Shown piece after piece: positions 12,253-25,793 of a stretch of 64,000 nucleotides of DNA. A program made the position numbers and the translations under genes. How positions within the stretch are numbered: the first letter of the stretch is position 1; each line of letters starts with the position of its first letter. The stretch spans positions 74,586,001-74,650,000 of the forward strand of contig NC_092356.1 in NCBI RefSeq assembly GCF_963676685.1, read 5' to 3'. Source of the stretch: Mytilus edulis. Lineage: Eukaryota. The notes beneath the pieces were generated by a model. That model was given only the letters and a program-made list of their open reading frames with translations, did no database searches and was not told the DNA's origin.

Positions 12253-12674
12253 TAACGACAAGTTGAACAACAGACCCCAGGTGTCTGCTGGCATTGAATT
12301 GGATACCAGTTTTATGTAGGCGTAACAATTCATCACATTTATCCAATCAGCTGTCTTGTGTGCGATCTCATAAGGTCCACATAGTTTAGTTTTTATGCCC
12401 CACCTACGATAGTAGAGGGGCATTATGTTTTCTGGTATGTGCGTCCGTTCGTTGTACCGTCTGTACCGCTTCAGGTTTTCCAAATAAGAGATTGTACCCC
12501 AATTTCACGTTCCACTGAACATAGAAAATTATAGTGCGAGTGGAGCATTCGTGTACTGAGGAAACATTCTTGTTTATACATGTTATGGTAGCGATAAAAA
12601 ATATTCGTGCAGAATATACATATACTATGAAACAAACAATATCCTGTCCTGTGCATATGTCGTGTACAAGTTGC

Positions 12675-13833
12675 GATTTTGTACAGGTTATAACATGTAC
12701 AATGCAAAAATACAAGTTATAACATGTACAAAAGTACCTCATACATGTTATAACCTGTACAAAATATTGCTTATCAATGGTTTTAACTTGTACAAAATTT
12801 CAAATAAATATTAATGAAGTAAAATATACATTTAAATTTACCAATGCATAAAGAACAACAATAAATAGGCCAGAAAGTGTCTTTTTCGGTAAAGGACAAT
12901 GATCACAAACTTTCAGAAATATGTTTCATGACTTATGTTGGCAAAACGTGTGTTCATGTAATTGTATGTTTTATGCAGTCCCTCATGGCTTAAATACGTG
13001 TGAAACTATTTACTAAAAGCTTGCATTCCTCAATGACAATTATAATTAGATGCTAGTAACTAAATTCTTCCAAAAATTTAAGAACGATTCCTAATAATTT
13101 TGGGAAAAACTCCTCCCTCTCGATTTTATAGCATGCAAAGACTAAAACAATGTCATATATGCTTACTCTGTAAAAGCAAGAGAGAGCTAAAATAGTTTTC
13201 ATTGGACCACGCTTCATTATCAATATCTTCGGATCTACTCTTCAACATTTTTGGCCTTCAGCATGACTAATGTAAATTTATAACTCAATTTTTTTTATAA
13301 ACTATAAGATCATTGCATGAGGCGAATGGAATTGTGATGTTTTAAATATATATCCTCTACTTTGAAAGCATGTATTTGTTGCCTTTGGATCCAATGTTGT
13401 CTGCTTCATGGGCGGGTTGTTGTCTTTTAGACACATACCCCATTTCAATTCCAAATTTTATTTGTAGACACATCTGTCCTGGCTATCCTCTTATGTCTTT
13501 TAGTGTCAACTAGAATAAAAGTATTTTACTATTGCCTTCAAAGTGGACACTTACAATTATGATTCATCAAATAAAGATCTGTCCATAGATAGTCATAGGA
13601 GGATCAAAAAAGGACAAAACACACTAACATGAGTAATAATAAAAAAAGTTATGAAAATGTAATTGAGGTCAATATCATCTGCTGCGATAATAGGAAAATA
13701 TCCTTATTTTTCGATTTTGTACAAGTTAAAACCATTTTTAAGCAATATTTTGTACAGGTTATAACATGTATGAGGTACTTTTGTACATGTTATAACTTGT
13801 ATTTTTGCATTATACAAGTTATAACATGTACAA
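12675..13833. mobile_element. Foldback-like element with ~125-bp inverted repeats of TTATAACATGTACA units
   Basis: 12680-12800 is the reverse complement of 13712-13833; exact termini and TSD unresolved. Confidence 0.6.
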
Positions 13834-14687
13834 TATTTTTAATACTTAATATAAAACCATGTTAAAATTCTTTAAATATTCATTTATTTTTGCTTCTAAT
13901 TTATTTCTAACTCAACCCAGTAATTCTGTTTGCAATTATGATAAAAAGTGGCAAAACAAAACTAAATATTGTATGACGGCAGATCGTAAAGTTACTTTAG
14001 CCTATCATATGTGAACTATAAATTGTAAATCTATATACCCGAATAGTAAATCAGCCATATCTTTTTATGTCAGGATTCAGTGTATAAAACAATGGATTGC
14101 AATATTGCAATACAATAAGAACAAATATTTGTTCGCATAAATTTAGGGTGCCAGCATGTCCAATTAAAATACTGATACGTAACAAAATTTCAGTAGTTTT
14201 GATACCTCATGCTGACTTGTACAACAAAATTATTTGACCGCATTGACCAAAACTGACCATATGTGCACTTTAATTTTTAAATCTTTATACCCGCATCGTA
14301 AATCAGCCATATCTTTTGTGTCAGGATTCAATGTACAATACAATGGATAGCAATATTGCAATATAATAAGAACAGATTTTTGTTCACATAAATTTAGGGT
14401 GCAAGCATGTCCTAAATACCCAAAATACTGATACGTAACACAATTTCAGTAGTTTTGATACGTCATGCTGACTTGTACAACAAAATTATTAGACCGCATT
14501 GACCAAAACTGACCATATGTGCACTTTAATTTGGAAATCTATATACCTGCATAGTAAATCAGCCATATTTTCTATGTCAGGATTCAATGTATAATACAAT
14601 GGACAGCAATATTGCAATATAATGAGAACAAAATTTTGTTCGCCAAAAATTTAGGGTGCCAGCATGTCCTCTTTTTTCTCCAAAATC

Positions 14688-17174
14688 CAGATGGGTGCGG
14701 TCCTAACCTTGACAAAAGTTAACTTAGAGTTAACTTGTTGACTGCTTTCTGAGTTAACTTGAGAATATTTAAGCAGTCAAGCAAGTTAACTTCCTCGTTG
14801 GTGGACCAGACCTACGGTCTGCTTTTTTAGGACCGCTGCAGACCTATCGACAAGTCTGCTTTTAACCAGTCCTGAGGACAGGTCTGCCCCAGACCAGACC
14901 TGTGGACAAGTCTGCTTTTGACCAGTGCTGAGGACAGGTCTGCCTCAGACCAGAACTGTGGATAGGTCTGCTCCTGACCAGACCTGAGGACAGGTCTACT
15001 TTTGACCAGACCTGTGGACAAGTCTGGTATTGACCAGACCTGAGGACAGGTCTGCTTATGACAGTATATCGTTATAATTGTCTTCATATCAGACTTGAAC
15101 ATGTTGAACTTTAATTAAAATACGGAAACAACATTCGCATTGTTTTTCCACAGATATCACTTATTATTTACTCGCTAGACTCTACTAGATATTATAAAAA
15201 TTCTCTTTTTTTTATTTGATATACATGTATTCTTAAATAAATAAAAAAAATGCCTATACAATTACATAGAGTGAGTTTTTTTTATTAGAAGGCGGATAGA
15301 AAGGTTGTCCAACGCTTCGGAGCAATATTCACGGGATATCAACAACATTGTCGACGTTGCTTCGTTCCCCGTTTTTTACCTGTCCCTTCCTTAATTTAAC
15401 TTTATGCCTAAATTTGTACATGCATGGATATTTCATTGTTATTCAACTTGTTTGCATTGAATTAGTATTCTATTTTCCGCAGAATATTCTAACAGAAATT
15501 GTACAGTGTCCGTAAGCATACGTTGTGGTAAAACTATCAACAATCTCATCAAATTCGTCAGATTGGTCAAGAGATTTGTCTTTGCCGATTAATTGAGATA
15601 TGGGAAGTCCCAGAATTATACTCAATGCGCACTTTAATGAAATGGTTGCCACTTGAGGTTTAACTATAAGCAAAATCAATCAACCGACATAATAGATAAG
15701 TAGTATACTATTCCCAGAAGAAAACCTTTTTTTATTTAATCATTGTATTAAATTAGGGTAGTATTTGCAAATGAATACACCTTAATATCGCTATTTGTCC
15801 GCCATTGTTGGATATCAGACAGGTTGTCGTAAAAATTTGGATGTCATCAAAAAAAATATCTGACGCCACAATGGAAAAGTGATTGTTGTATGCGTCAAAA
15901 GTTCAATCGGCTGGGTCAGCCGGGATTAGCTATAAGTTGTATTCAGACATGTCAGTGTTGGTACTTTGATGATGCCGCATAATAGTTTTGTATAACACAC
16001 CAACATGAACTACTATATATGATGTAACTGTTATTTTGAATAAAGAGATGAAATGCTGACACTCTCATTTTATGTGAAATTTTTTTTGCATTTATATAGT
16101 TTTCCAATATTATTGATTACATGTACATTTATGGTCCTACTAAAAACTTCTGATTTTAAAAAAATTGCTGATTAACTATTCAGGTATATAGACTTACAAT
16201 TTAAAGTTCACATATGGTCAGTTTTGGTCGATGCGGTCAAATAATTTTGTTGTAAAGTCAGCATGAGGTATCAAAACTACTGAAATTTTGTTACATATCA
16301 ATATTTTGAGTAAAAGGAGGACATGCTAGTATCCTAAATTTATGCGAACACAAATTTGTAGTCATGTGTGTAAATGAATTAAACTATTGCAGATTGTGAC
16401 TGCATAGTTCAAATATGTATTACTAATAAGGACGTATACAACTAACATCAACTATACTTCTTTCCAAAGATATACATGATCATACATAATAAAGTGCAAA
16501 TATTTTTGAATATGATAGGTAATGGAATATATATATATTCAGTGCCCGTTATCATTGTAGCCAAGATCGTTTTTATAATTGATAGATAGTCAGATCACAG
16601 ATCAATTTGTGTTACAAGCAACGTTTTATGCGTACTTAATTTTCAAATAATTCATTTTGTATTTAATACTGTTTATAAAAAGGAAGTATTAATTTTACTT
16701 TATTTTCGATGTTTACACTACAAAACAAAGATATTAAAAATATTTTTAAAAAATCGTATAAGCGGTCCTGGTTACAAGTTAACTTAGTGTTGAGCAGACC
16801 AGTCAAAAGTTAACTTGGGAACAGGTCTGGTTTTCATCGGATTTGTCAAAGCAAAAGTTAGCTTATGTTAACTTTGTGGCAGGACTGGTTTCGAAGTTAA
16901 CTTATGTTAACTTTATGACAGGACTGGTTCCGAAGTTAACTTTTGACAGGACTGGTTCGAAGTTAACTTATGTCAATAGCGGACCTGTTTCCAAGTTAAA
17001 TTTTTGGCAGACATAAAAACAGTCTGTGGACCAAGTCCCCTTTTCAAGTTAACTAGATTTTGGTCCCAGGACTGGTCAGAGCAGTCCTAATTTCGGTCAC
17101 AGGTTAACTTTGACCAGTCCAAATGGCTGATTATCAAATTAACTTGCTGTAAAGGTTAGGACTGCACTAATCTG
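14688..17174. mobile_element. Complete non-autonomous TIR element (CAGATGGGTGCRGTCCTAACCT termini, TA target; Tc1/mariner-like ends)
   Basis: Termini at 14688 and 17174 split a satellite monomer at CAAAA-TA-CTGATAC (left copy reads TC). AAGTTAACTT repeats near both ends; GACCAGACCTG(A/T)GGACAGGTCTGC repeats at 14830-15060. Confidence 0.8.
15773..15944. mobile_element. Small MITE
   Basis: GAATACACCTTA..ATCGCTA / TAGCTATAAGTTGTATTC inverted ends; absent from the paralog at ~27628. Confidence 0.55.
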
Positions 17175-17780
17175 TACTGATACATAACAAAATTTTAGTA
17201 GTTTTGATACCTCATGCTGACTTGTACAACAACATTATTTGACCGCATTGACCAAAACTGACCATATGTGCACTTTAATTTGTAAATTAATATACCCGCA
17301 TAGTAAATCAGCCATATTTTTTTATGTCAGGATTCAATGTATAATACAATGGACAGCAATATTGCAATATAATAAGAACAAGTTTTTGTTCGCATAAATT
17401 TAGGGTGCTAGCATGTCCTCTTTTTACTCAAAATACTGATACGTTACAAAATTTCAGTAGTTTTCATACCCCAAGCTGACTTGTACAACAAAATTATTTG
17501 ACCGCATTGACCAAAACTGACCATATGTGAACTTTAAATTGTCAATCTATATACCGGCATAGTTAATCAGCCATATTTTTAATGTTGGGATTCACTTATA
17601 ATTACAATCAACAGCAATATTGTAATATGATAAAAACAAATTTTTGTTCGCATGAATTTTATAGAATACCAGCATGTCCTTTTTTTATTCAAAATATTGA
17701 TACGTAACAAAATTTTAGTAGTTTCCATACCTCAAGCTGACTTGTATTACAAAATTATTTGACCGCATTGACCAAAACTG

Positions 17781-19896
17781 CCCGTACGGAAAAAAACATG
17801 ACACGTACTTCAGCCGGACAGTAGCCGTACTGTAGCCGTACTGAGAACTGTACTTATAATTATCATTTGGACTTTTCTTTGAATGTCTTATAATGGATAA
17901 CCCGACTGGACTTTCCGCGAAATTAGCCGTAAACCGGCTCGAAATATTTAAATTAGCAGGAGTCCGGTTCAGAAAGTCCAGCTGAACTTTCATAAAAGTA
18001 CGTCTCAAAAATTCCAGCCGGCATTTCTGGCAAACATTTGGCCTCTATAAAGTTCAACCGTACTTCTGTAAAGTCCAGCTGAACTCGCAAAAGTCCAGCT
18101 GGAGTTCAAAAAGTTCTGTTTGACCTTTAAAGATGATCTCAGCAGGGGCTGATCCACAAAAAATGGGTGGGGTCCACCCTGCAGAACCCTCCCTCTTGAT
18201 CCACTACTGCTTAGTTTTTCTTCAGATGGTGGATTCTACTGATTTGATATGAATCCCTTGTTACAATCGGAAAATTAAAAAAAAACAAGATGTCATTATG
18301 CATATACTGCTTATTTCTTTTTCTTTTTTCTTCTGTCTTACTGGCAAAATCAAGAAATGGAGAACTGTGAAGCAAAATGCTTACTCCTAAAAAGGTGTGG
18401 TTATAACCATCATGATTATATATTAAGACTAAATAAATTCAAAGTGCATAAAATAAAGTTAAGCTTTGAAAATCACTTAAACTAATTTGTTTTGCATAAT
18501 TAGTATTTAATGTAGTTTTTCTTTATTCTTTTTACTTTTCAAAAATAAGAATTAATTTATTAATTATTTCATCAATATGTTGAAGAAATAAGAGCATATC
18601 AGATAATATCACCAAAATGGTGGAATTCAATTACATTGTACTTACCAGAATATGCAATCCAAAATATATGCAAACAGCAATCTTCCTAAATTTTCCTTGA
18701 TGCCAGTCAGAAGGATCCTTCTTCCCTAATATAATGTGAAAAGAACTTCCAAACACTTGCTTTACATCCAATGTAAATTCCTCATTTTCATGATTTTGTT
18801 CAAGAAAGACACATCTTCCTGTTTATTCCAAATTCAAGTTTTGTTGTATTGCAATACATGAGGTTGTTTATTAGGAGCTGTGAAAATTTTTCTTGCATAT
18901 GTCTTAATTTTGAATATGTGATATATTGAAAAAAAAGAAAATCAATTATTAATTTGTTCGATTATGAAATGTTTAATAAACGTTATAGGAATTGCAGATA
19001 TAAGTATTTAGAAATGTGTTATCCTTTAAATGGCCTCATGATCAACCTCTGTGTAGATGCTACTTCCAGTGACCTGTCCAGACTGCGGTTGATTGAAAAT
19101 CGATGGCACTTTCTACAACACTACTGCTATTAAATCACTGTTATGGCTCAAATTTCTAATTGATATTATAGAATGATGATAATTATTTATTCTATGCATT
19201 CATCTTATTAAATATAAATATACCAGAAAATGTATAAATTCAACCTATTATTAGATGAAATTTTGCTAGGGATTTTATTTCATGAATATAGTAAAATGTT
19301 AAATAATTGTTGAAAACATATTAAGTGGGATATAATTCAATCAAAATTCAGTCACCTACATTAAATTTCAACTTTCCATTTGCAGTCTATGTTAAATATT
19401 TTATAATGGAATTGAAAATCTAGGGAAAAGATCTCATCTTATAGTGTAGTATATTGTAAAAAATATGATATCAATTTTATAACTTGCAAATTTTCATTTA
19501 TAACTCTTTTCCATTTTGAAAAAGATTGTTCTTTCAAAGAACAGAATCTTAAGTGGCAAAGTTTTTATTTCTGTAAGGACAGATTTGGCTGATGAAAATG
19601 TTCTAAGTCTAAATTCCTGCTCATAAATGACTGTAAAATTTTCTAAGACAAATATCCTGCAGATCATTCTACAGTAATTTTTTTTTTCAAAAGTCCAGCC
19701 ATCTTTTTTTTCTTGTCAGAATTACAAAAAGTGCAGTTAGTTGGACTTTTAAGAAAATACCGGCTGGCAAATTACTGAAGTATAAAAAAAAGTACGTGTA
19801 CGGATCATGTCAGACTGGACTTTTCAAAGTCAGACTGGGGTACGTCTCAAGTCCAGCTGAAGTCCAGTTGAAGTCCTGTTGAAATTTTCGTACGGT
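17781..19896. mobile_element. Non-autonomous CMC/EnSpm-like element (CCCGTACG termini, 2-bp TG TSD)
   Basis: CCCGTACGGAAAA at 17781 and TTTTCGTACGGT ending 19896. The satellite AAAAC-TG-ACCATA is split with TG on both sides. AGTCCAGCTG subterminal repeats at both ends. Confidence 0.75.
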
Positions 19897-21894
19897 TGAC
19901 CATAACAAAAGTGTTATCAAGCGTCTTAGTGATCGTCATTGTTCAGGACAAACTAGAATTAATGGTTGTTCTGTAGGTACTTAATGACAATTCCCTAATG
20001 ACAGCATTGCTGATTGTCAATTTTGAGAATTCAATTTGCCGAATAATTCGTACAATATAGAATTATAGTTTTCCAACCACTCGATCAACATTGGAATGGA
20101 AGTGACGACGCCCCTAAACGCACAAATGACGTTCACTAAATCCATAGTTTTTGACGGAAATGCATCGAACTCGAATGTTGTCTATTATATCCACACAGAC
20201 AAAAAACCTACTTGATCATTCAAATATTCACTATTTTTGTTTATCTTATTTTGAAAATATGTTTCAAAGGACAAGGTACGATAAGCTTTTGCAACTGTCC
20301 CCCTTTTATCGTTGAAATAAGAATGAATAATATCCAGGAAACAAGGCTATTACAAAAGTATAGTGTCTCATCTTACAACAAATCAATACAACTTTTCTTT
20401 TTACGTGTGTGAAAATTATTTAATACCCCTCTCATTCTCTTGAAAACCGTAAATTTTATGAAAATCAGAAGTGTTAGCGTCCGTTTTGTCAATTTTAACT
20501 ATAAGAGGACGCGAGTATCACGAAGATATTTCAATGTGTTGTTTGTTGTAAGAAAATAATATACTGTTTTAAATATATATGTGGTACGGGCGTCCGCTCA
20601 TGTTCAAAATTCAATAATTCAACACTGAAAATTCCTTGTTTAACGGGTAAGTCGATAATATGTGAACTTGTATTTCCAAATCTGCTCGAGTATCTTGTTT
20701 TAACTGAGGTAATCTTGATTGAGCTACAAAACTTTAATGCCAGGGAAAAAATATTTTCCGTTCTTTATCATGTTTATATAATTTTTGAAGTCGGGGGAAA
20801 GTAACATGTGATTTTGCAACATTTTTTCTAAAGTGACAATGTCAGTGTTGTCAATGAACAGCTAGCAAACTGTATATTTAACAAAATTAAATGAATGTAG
20901 ACCCTGTAAAATAATAACCCTTTTTATCCGTGTACAAACGTAAATGATATGCAACTGGAAATTGAAATCGATTTTAAGTGGAAACAAACTTAAAATCGAG
21001 ATTACCTCCCCTGTCAATGGATTTTTAAGGAAATTACTTGAAAAACATCTTTTTAAATAATTTTAAAGGTAAAAAATCTCCATTTATTAAATTAATGATC
21101 AATATTTTATTATTTAATATGTCTTTAAAAGAAATTCTGTGATATTTAAATGGTTTTGAAAATTTAATAAAGTGTATGCAACTGTTGTCAACCTTTGGAA
21201 AAATACGTAGTCAAATAATATAAGACTAATTATTAATCCCAACAAGGCTGGATTTTCAAGATCCAAAGATACATTGCAGTTGAAGGCTTCATTGAATTTA
21301 AACGAACATGCATGCGTTTCCTCGTATATAAGCTGATCAGCTGTTACTCGCAAAAAGCTCACATTACAACATGATAGAATATTCATTTTATAAAAAATAC
21401 TATCTCTTCCGCGACTCTTTTATTCCATTTCATTGTATTTTTTTTTCACTTTTTCATTTTTAGCATCTTTTCTCTCTAAAAAAAATTGAAGAAGTAGCTA
21501 TATGTGACCTTAAATCCATAAAAGGGTAATATAAATAATACATTTGTAAAAGAAATAAGTTGTCTTTTTGACACATGCTTTCCCTAATCAGACCATTCCA
21601 ATGGTACACAATATATAACTTGTATTTTGTGTATCTTCTAAAGGGATGTAGAAAAGACTTGTCTTTACTTAAAAGAAGCACACAATGGACCTGTTAGATA
21701 ATACGTTTAGTGTCTTTTCTTGTTGTTTGGATGTACCAGTATCCGACCACGTCCACTTATTTTTATCAATCCGATGAGTTAGGCCTTTTTCAAATGATTT
21801 TGATAATTCGTTCTTATGTTTTACTGTTACACCACTGTCCAAGGTAAGAGTGAGGGTTGGGATCCCGCTAACATTTCAAACTCCGCCACATTCT

Positions 21895-22360
21895 GTCCGT
21901 CCGTTCGTTGGAACTTTGCAAAATTGGTTTCCGATTTCTAACTTTAGGTTGCCTCAAACACATGTTTTTAAACTTATACGCAATGCTTATGACCACAAAA
22001 CACAGGTCAAGTCAGATTTTGGTGGCGTCACTTTTACCATCCTAGTGTTAAGCTCCTTTACAAAAGGAAAAAAATACTGATTTTGTTTTTCTAACTTTTG
22101 TTTGTTTCTACCAAATGATATGTAACTTATACACATTGCGTATTACCACATATAGAGTTTGAATGCTGGTGGCACCACATTACCAGTTCAAGAGTAATGT
22201 ATGCCCCTTTACCAAAGAAAAATTGCTGAAGTTTTCGTTTCCATTTTCAAACTTTAGTTTGCTTCAACCTAATTTGATGAAACTTAAACACAATGCTAAG
22301 TAACACAAAACACAGACCAAGATATGCATTTTGGTGATGTTTTGTTTCTTTCTTAGAGTA
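21895..22360. repeat. Degenerate ~150-bp tandem repeats of Helentron/HINE type
   Basis: Three units of AACTTATACRCAATGC...ACCACAAAACACAG...GGTGGC following a GTCCGTCCGTTCGT microsatellite. A hairpin plus microsatellite end of the same type lies at 12390-12485. Confidence 0.55.
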
Positions 22361-23599
22361 ATGCTCCTTTTCTTTTTTGGGTGGGTGTAAGTGGGGGGAG
22401 GGGGGATAAACATGTCATAAGACTGTTGATAGCAACAAAGAATCTCAGATTATTATACAGTTTGCAAAAAAAGGAATCTGTTGTCTCTATTTTAAAGGAA
22501 AATACATACTTAGATATATATATTGATATTAATATATCTGATTTGAGATGGTTGCTAAGCAAAATATAATATCATTGATACGTTCCTGTGTTACCATGCA
22601 AACACATTGAATTAAGAATTATATAAAACTTGCACATATGCACTAAAGGTACTGATATATATCTCTTAATTCCTCGTTTCAAGCTTAAAGATTACACTCA
22701 GTGATATTAAATCATCTTTTAAAATGTTCTTCAACTGTTAACTTAAATATTACTTTGCGTTGCTAAAAAAAATCTGGTTGAAATATCAGGTTAAATAGAT
22801 ACAAAATCAACTTTTTTTGTTGTTGCAAACATTGGTTTTTTAATATATAAATTTAGGAATCGACTGAATTTGACTTTCATGAAAATAATTGATTTTTTTC
22901 AATTTTTGTTTATAGATGATATTGGATAAAAAGGTCCTTTTGAGGTCACTAGGCGACATTGTGTTTGCTAGGTTTCTATTTAGAAGTTCTCAAAATGATA
23001 GATCCAACAATAATAAATATTCAAGTAGTTGGTAACACATTACCTGTAATTTAAATGAATTCAGAAGTCTTTTTTCAGGGCAAATGCATTAAAGATGGAT
23101 ATTATTTTCATTTTATAAAACCCGTTGCTAGGAAACCAAAGACTCACATAAACACAAAATGTTCGAAACTTTTTTTAGTCACTATGCATAGACTAATGAT
23201 GGATTGAATATGAAGTCATTTGTAGAGGGGGCAAAGAGTGCCTCGTATCATACCTTGTCATTTGGGCTAAAATATAAAGGTATTATTCATTTAACATAGA
23301 AATTACAGACACATTTACATTCAAAGTAAATATGTCAAACAAATCTATGTTATCAAATAATACAAAAATTACACTGCTACTATTCTTACTTATTATAAAT
23401 AACAAGTTTATATTCAAATATCAAAATCACATTTTTCACTCAGATTAACTTATTTATGTGAAAATTTAATGTTTGATTTTTTTTTTGCAATACCACACTA
23501 TACAATCTAATCATAAGTAATCGTAGGTAATCATGATTATTTTATGGTAAAATATTCTAATGTAATCGACTCCATCCCTGATGTTTGAACAATACAACG

Positions 23600-24700
23600 A
23601 AACTAACTTGGAGGACTGACTTTCACATTTGTATCTTTGAAAAATTTACATAGTTTTTCTAATATTACAATATTTGATGATTTAAACAGTTGACCAAATT
23701 TAGAGATATTACGGTTTGACAAACAGTATGTAGGTACATATTTTTTTCTTTCAAACTAAAAAAATCCACAATTCATAATAAAATGGTACTCGTCACCAAT
23801 AACGTTTGAGTCACAGAAACGGCCGATTTGTCTTCTCTCGGTAAACCCTGTCAACATTGATAAAAAGGATCAACTTCTAGAAAATAAAATACCTACATAT
23901 TTGTATTTTTTTACGATTTCAATATCGTTAAAATTAACTGTGAACTTGAGATTTTCTGGCATTCTGCAACTCGAAAAGATCGAAATTTTATTTGTATTTG
24001 TATTTGTTTTCATTTTCTATCCTTCAAAATTTTCGTAAAAGCTATTTATTATGTATTGATGATCAGTGCTATTGTCTACTAATAAAACAGTATCATCTGC
24101 AAATAAAAGTAAAAACAATTTCAAAAATACTGTCAGCTCGTTTTCGATTTCTTTTGATATAGATTTTTACCCTGTTATATTTTCGGTTCAAAAAAAGTTT
24201 GAAGATCATTAAAACATGTAGAAAACAAAGAAGGTGAAAGGTTTTTCCCTTGCCGCACCTCCATCTAACAAGGGAAGAAATCAGATTGTTTACCCTGATG
24301 TTAAATACGAGATTTGATCATCACTAGGTGTCTTACTATTTTTCAGGCTTTTTATGGCCTTCACTATTTCATCATTAGTGATACAAGCATTATGAAATAC
24401 ATTTAATGAATGTTCGTTAACATCATGTTTTAAAATGTACTGGTCTTCTGTGTCGTTGTTTTTATTCAGGTCCTTAACCAAAAAAAAAAAACAAATCTTC
24501 AATGTTGATATCATTTTTCCCTTTGTCTACTTTGATTTATAATGTTCAAAAATTCGTTCGGGTTTTTTATCGCAACTTTTTCATTTTTGAACGTATATCA
24601 ACATTAAATAATCTAATATTTGTATCCATAGTTTTTTATAAGCTTTAAAAAACTTGGAATAGATCTACGAAGAATAATGAACGGTATTTTGTGGTTTGGC
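23600..24700 (-). pseudogene. Heavily deleted non-LTR retrotransposon (RTEX-like) ORF2 relic
   Basis: Minus-strand peptides EIVKAIKSLKNSKTPSDDQI, VRQGKNLSPSLFS..NDL, LFLLLFADDTVLL and the C-terminal FCDSNVIGDEYHFIMNC. Clade assignment tentative. Confidence 0.75.
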
Positions 24701-25793
24701 ATTTTTTACGCGTCCACCGTTCGAAACATATTTTGAGAAAGTACCGGATATAGATCTTTTTTTCTTTTCTATTATGAAAAATCAAACTGTTGCAGCATAT
24801 AATAAAACACAAAACTGAAAATATTTGCTATACATACAAATATAAAGCTAAAGTCGGTTGAATTAAAGCTAGAAATTCCAATCTCCCGGCATCAAATCAT
24901 ATAAAAAACATATGACCGTTAACATTAAAGGTCAAAACTTGCAATGAGCCGTGTCCATGCCCTTAATAGAAAATAAAAAGATGTGGAATATACGTGCATT
25001 CGACAAAATCGCACACAAAAAACACAGAAACATACAAATTATAAATGAATAGGGCTTTTATTCTTGTTCTTCATCTTGCTTCAACGAGGAAGTGAACCAT
25101 TCACACCTAAAAAAATAACAGCCACACACGATGTGGATGACAATGTTTTGCTTTTCTCTACATATGTGTCTTTTGATGTTGTTTCTAAAACAAATTATTT
25201 TACATTGAATCTATAAATATTGCTCTAAGACCAAAAATAATATAAAAACTTTTGTTTTAGATTAAAAAAGGTCCAAACAAAACGTTCAGAATGCAATGTA
25301 GCACACCCTTACTGTTCGGGTTGATTATTCATCCGTCGATCTAATCTTGGATCTAATCTTCGATTTCAATACTATTTTGACATGTCCTGAGAACAGGTCT
25401 GCCCTATACCAGACCTGAAGACAAGTCAGCTACTGACCTGACATGTGGACATGTTTGCTTCTGACAAGACATGTGGACAAGTCTGCTATTGACCAGACCT
25501 AAGTACAGGTCTTCTTATAACATATTATCGTATTTAAGAGTTTTTATATCAGACTTTAGCTTTAATTAAAATATGAAAACAACAATCGCATTGTTTTTCC
25601 CCAGATAGCAAATTTATTTACTCGCTACACTTTACAAGATATTACACATATTATCAAAATTCCTTTTTTTATTTGAAATATCCTTATATACATAAAACAA
25701 TGGCTATACAATCATATAGAGCTTTCGTAAGAAATGAGAGGGTTTTTGTATTATAAGAAGGCGGATAGAAAGGTTATCCAACGTATCGGATTA

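Larger units (their letters stand above)
3318..12277. mobile_element. Complete PIF/Harbinger DNA transposon (Myb/SANT gene + DDE transposase), with nested insertions in transposase introns
   Basis: Perfect 25-bp TIR GGGTCTGTTGTTCAACTTGTCGTTA at 3318-3342 and its reverse complement at 12253-12277. CAG is duplicated at 3315-3317 and 12278-12280. Two convergent genes as typical of the superfamily. Confidence 0.96.
14020..17780. repeat. ~258-bp tandem repeat (14020-14686 and 17175-17780), interrupted by the CAGATGGG element
   Basis: Same monomer and orientation as 1285-1927. Confidence 0.88.

Noticed and set aside
472-17174. Single 16.7-kb transposon with 1-kb TIRs
   Set aside because: The 17174 end pairs with 14688, since the two split one satellite monomer at TA. 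The long inverted arms are the same end of two oppositely oriented copies.
21768-21800. Hammerhead at CCGATGAGTT
   Set aside because: No GAAA or stem III follows.
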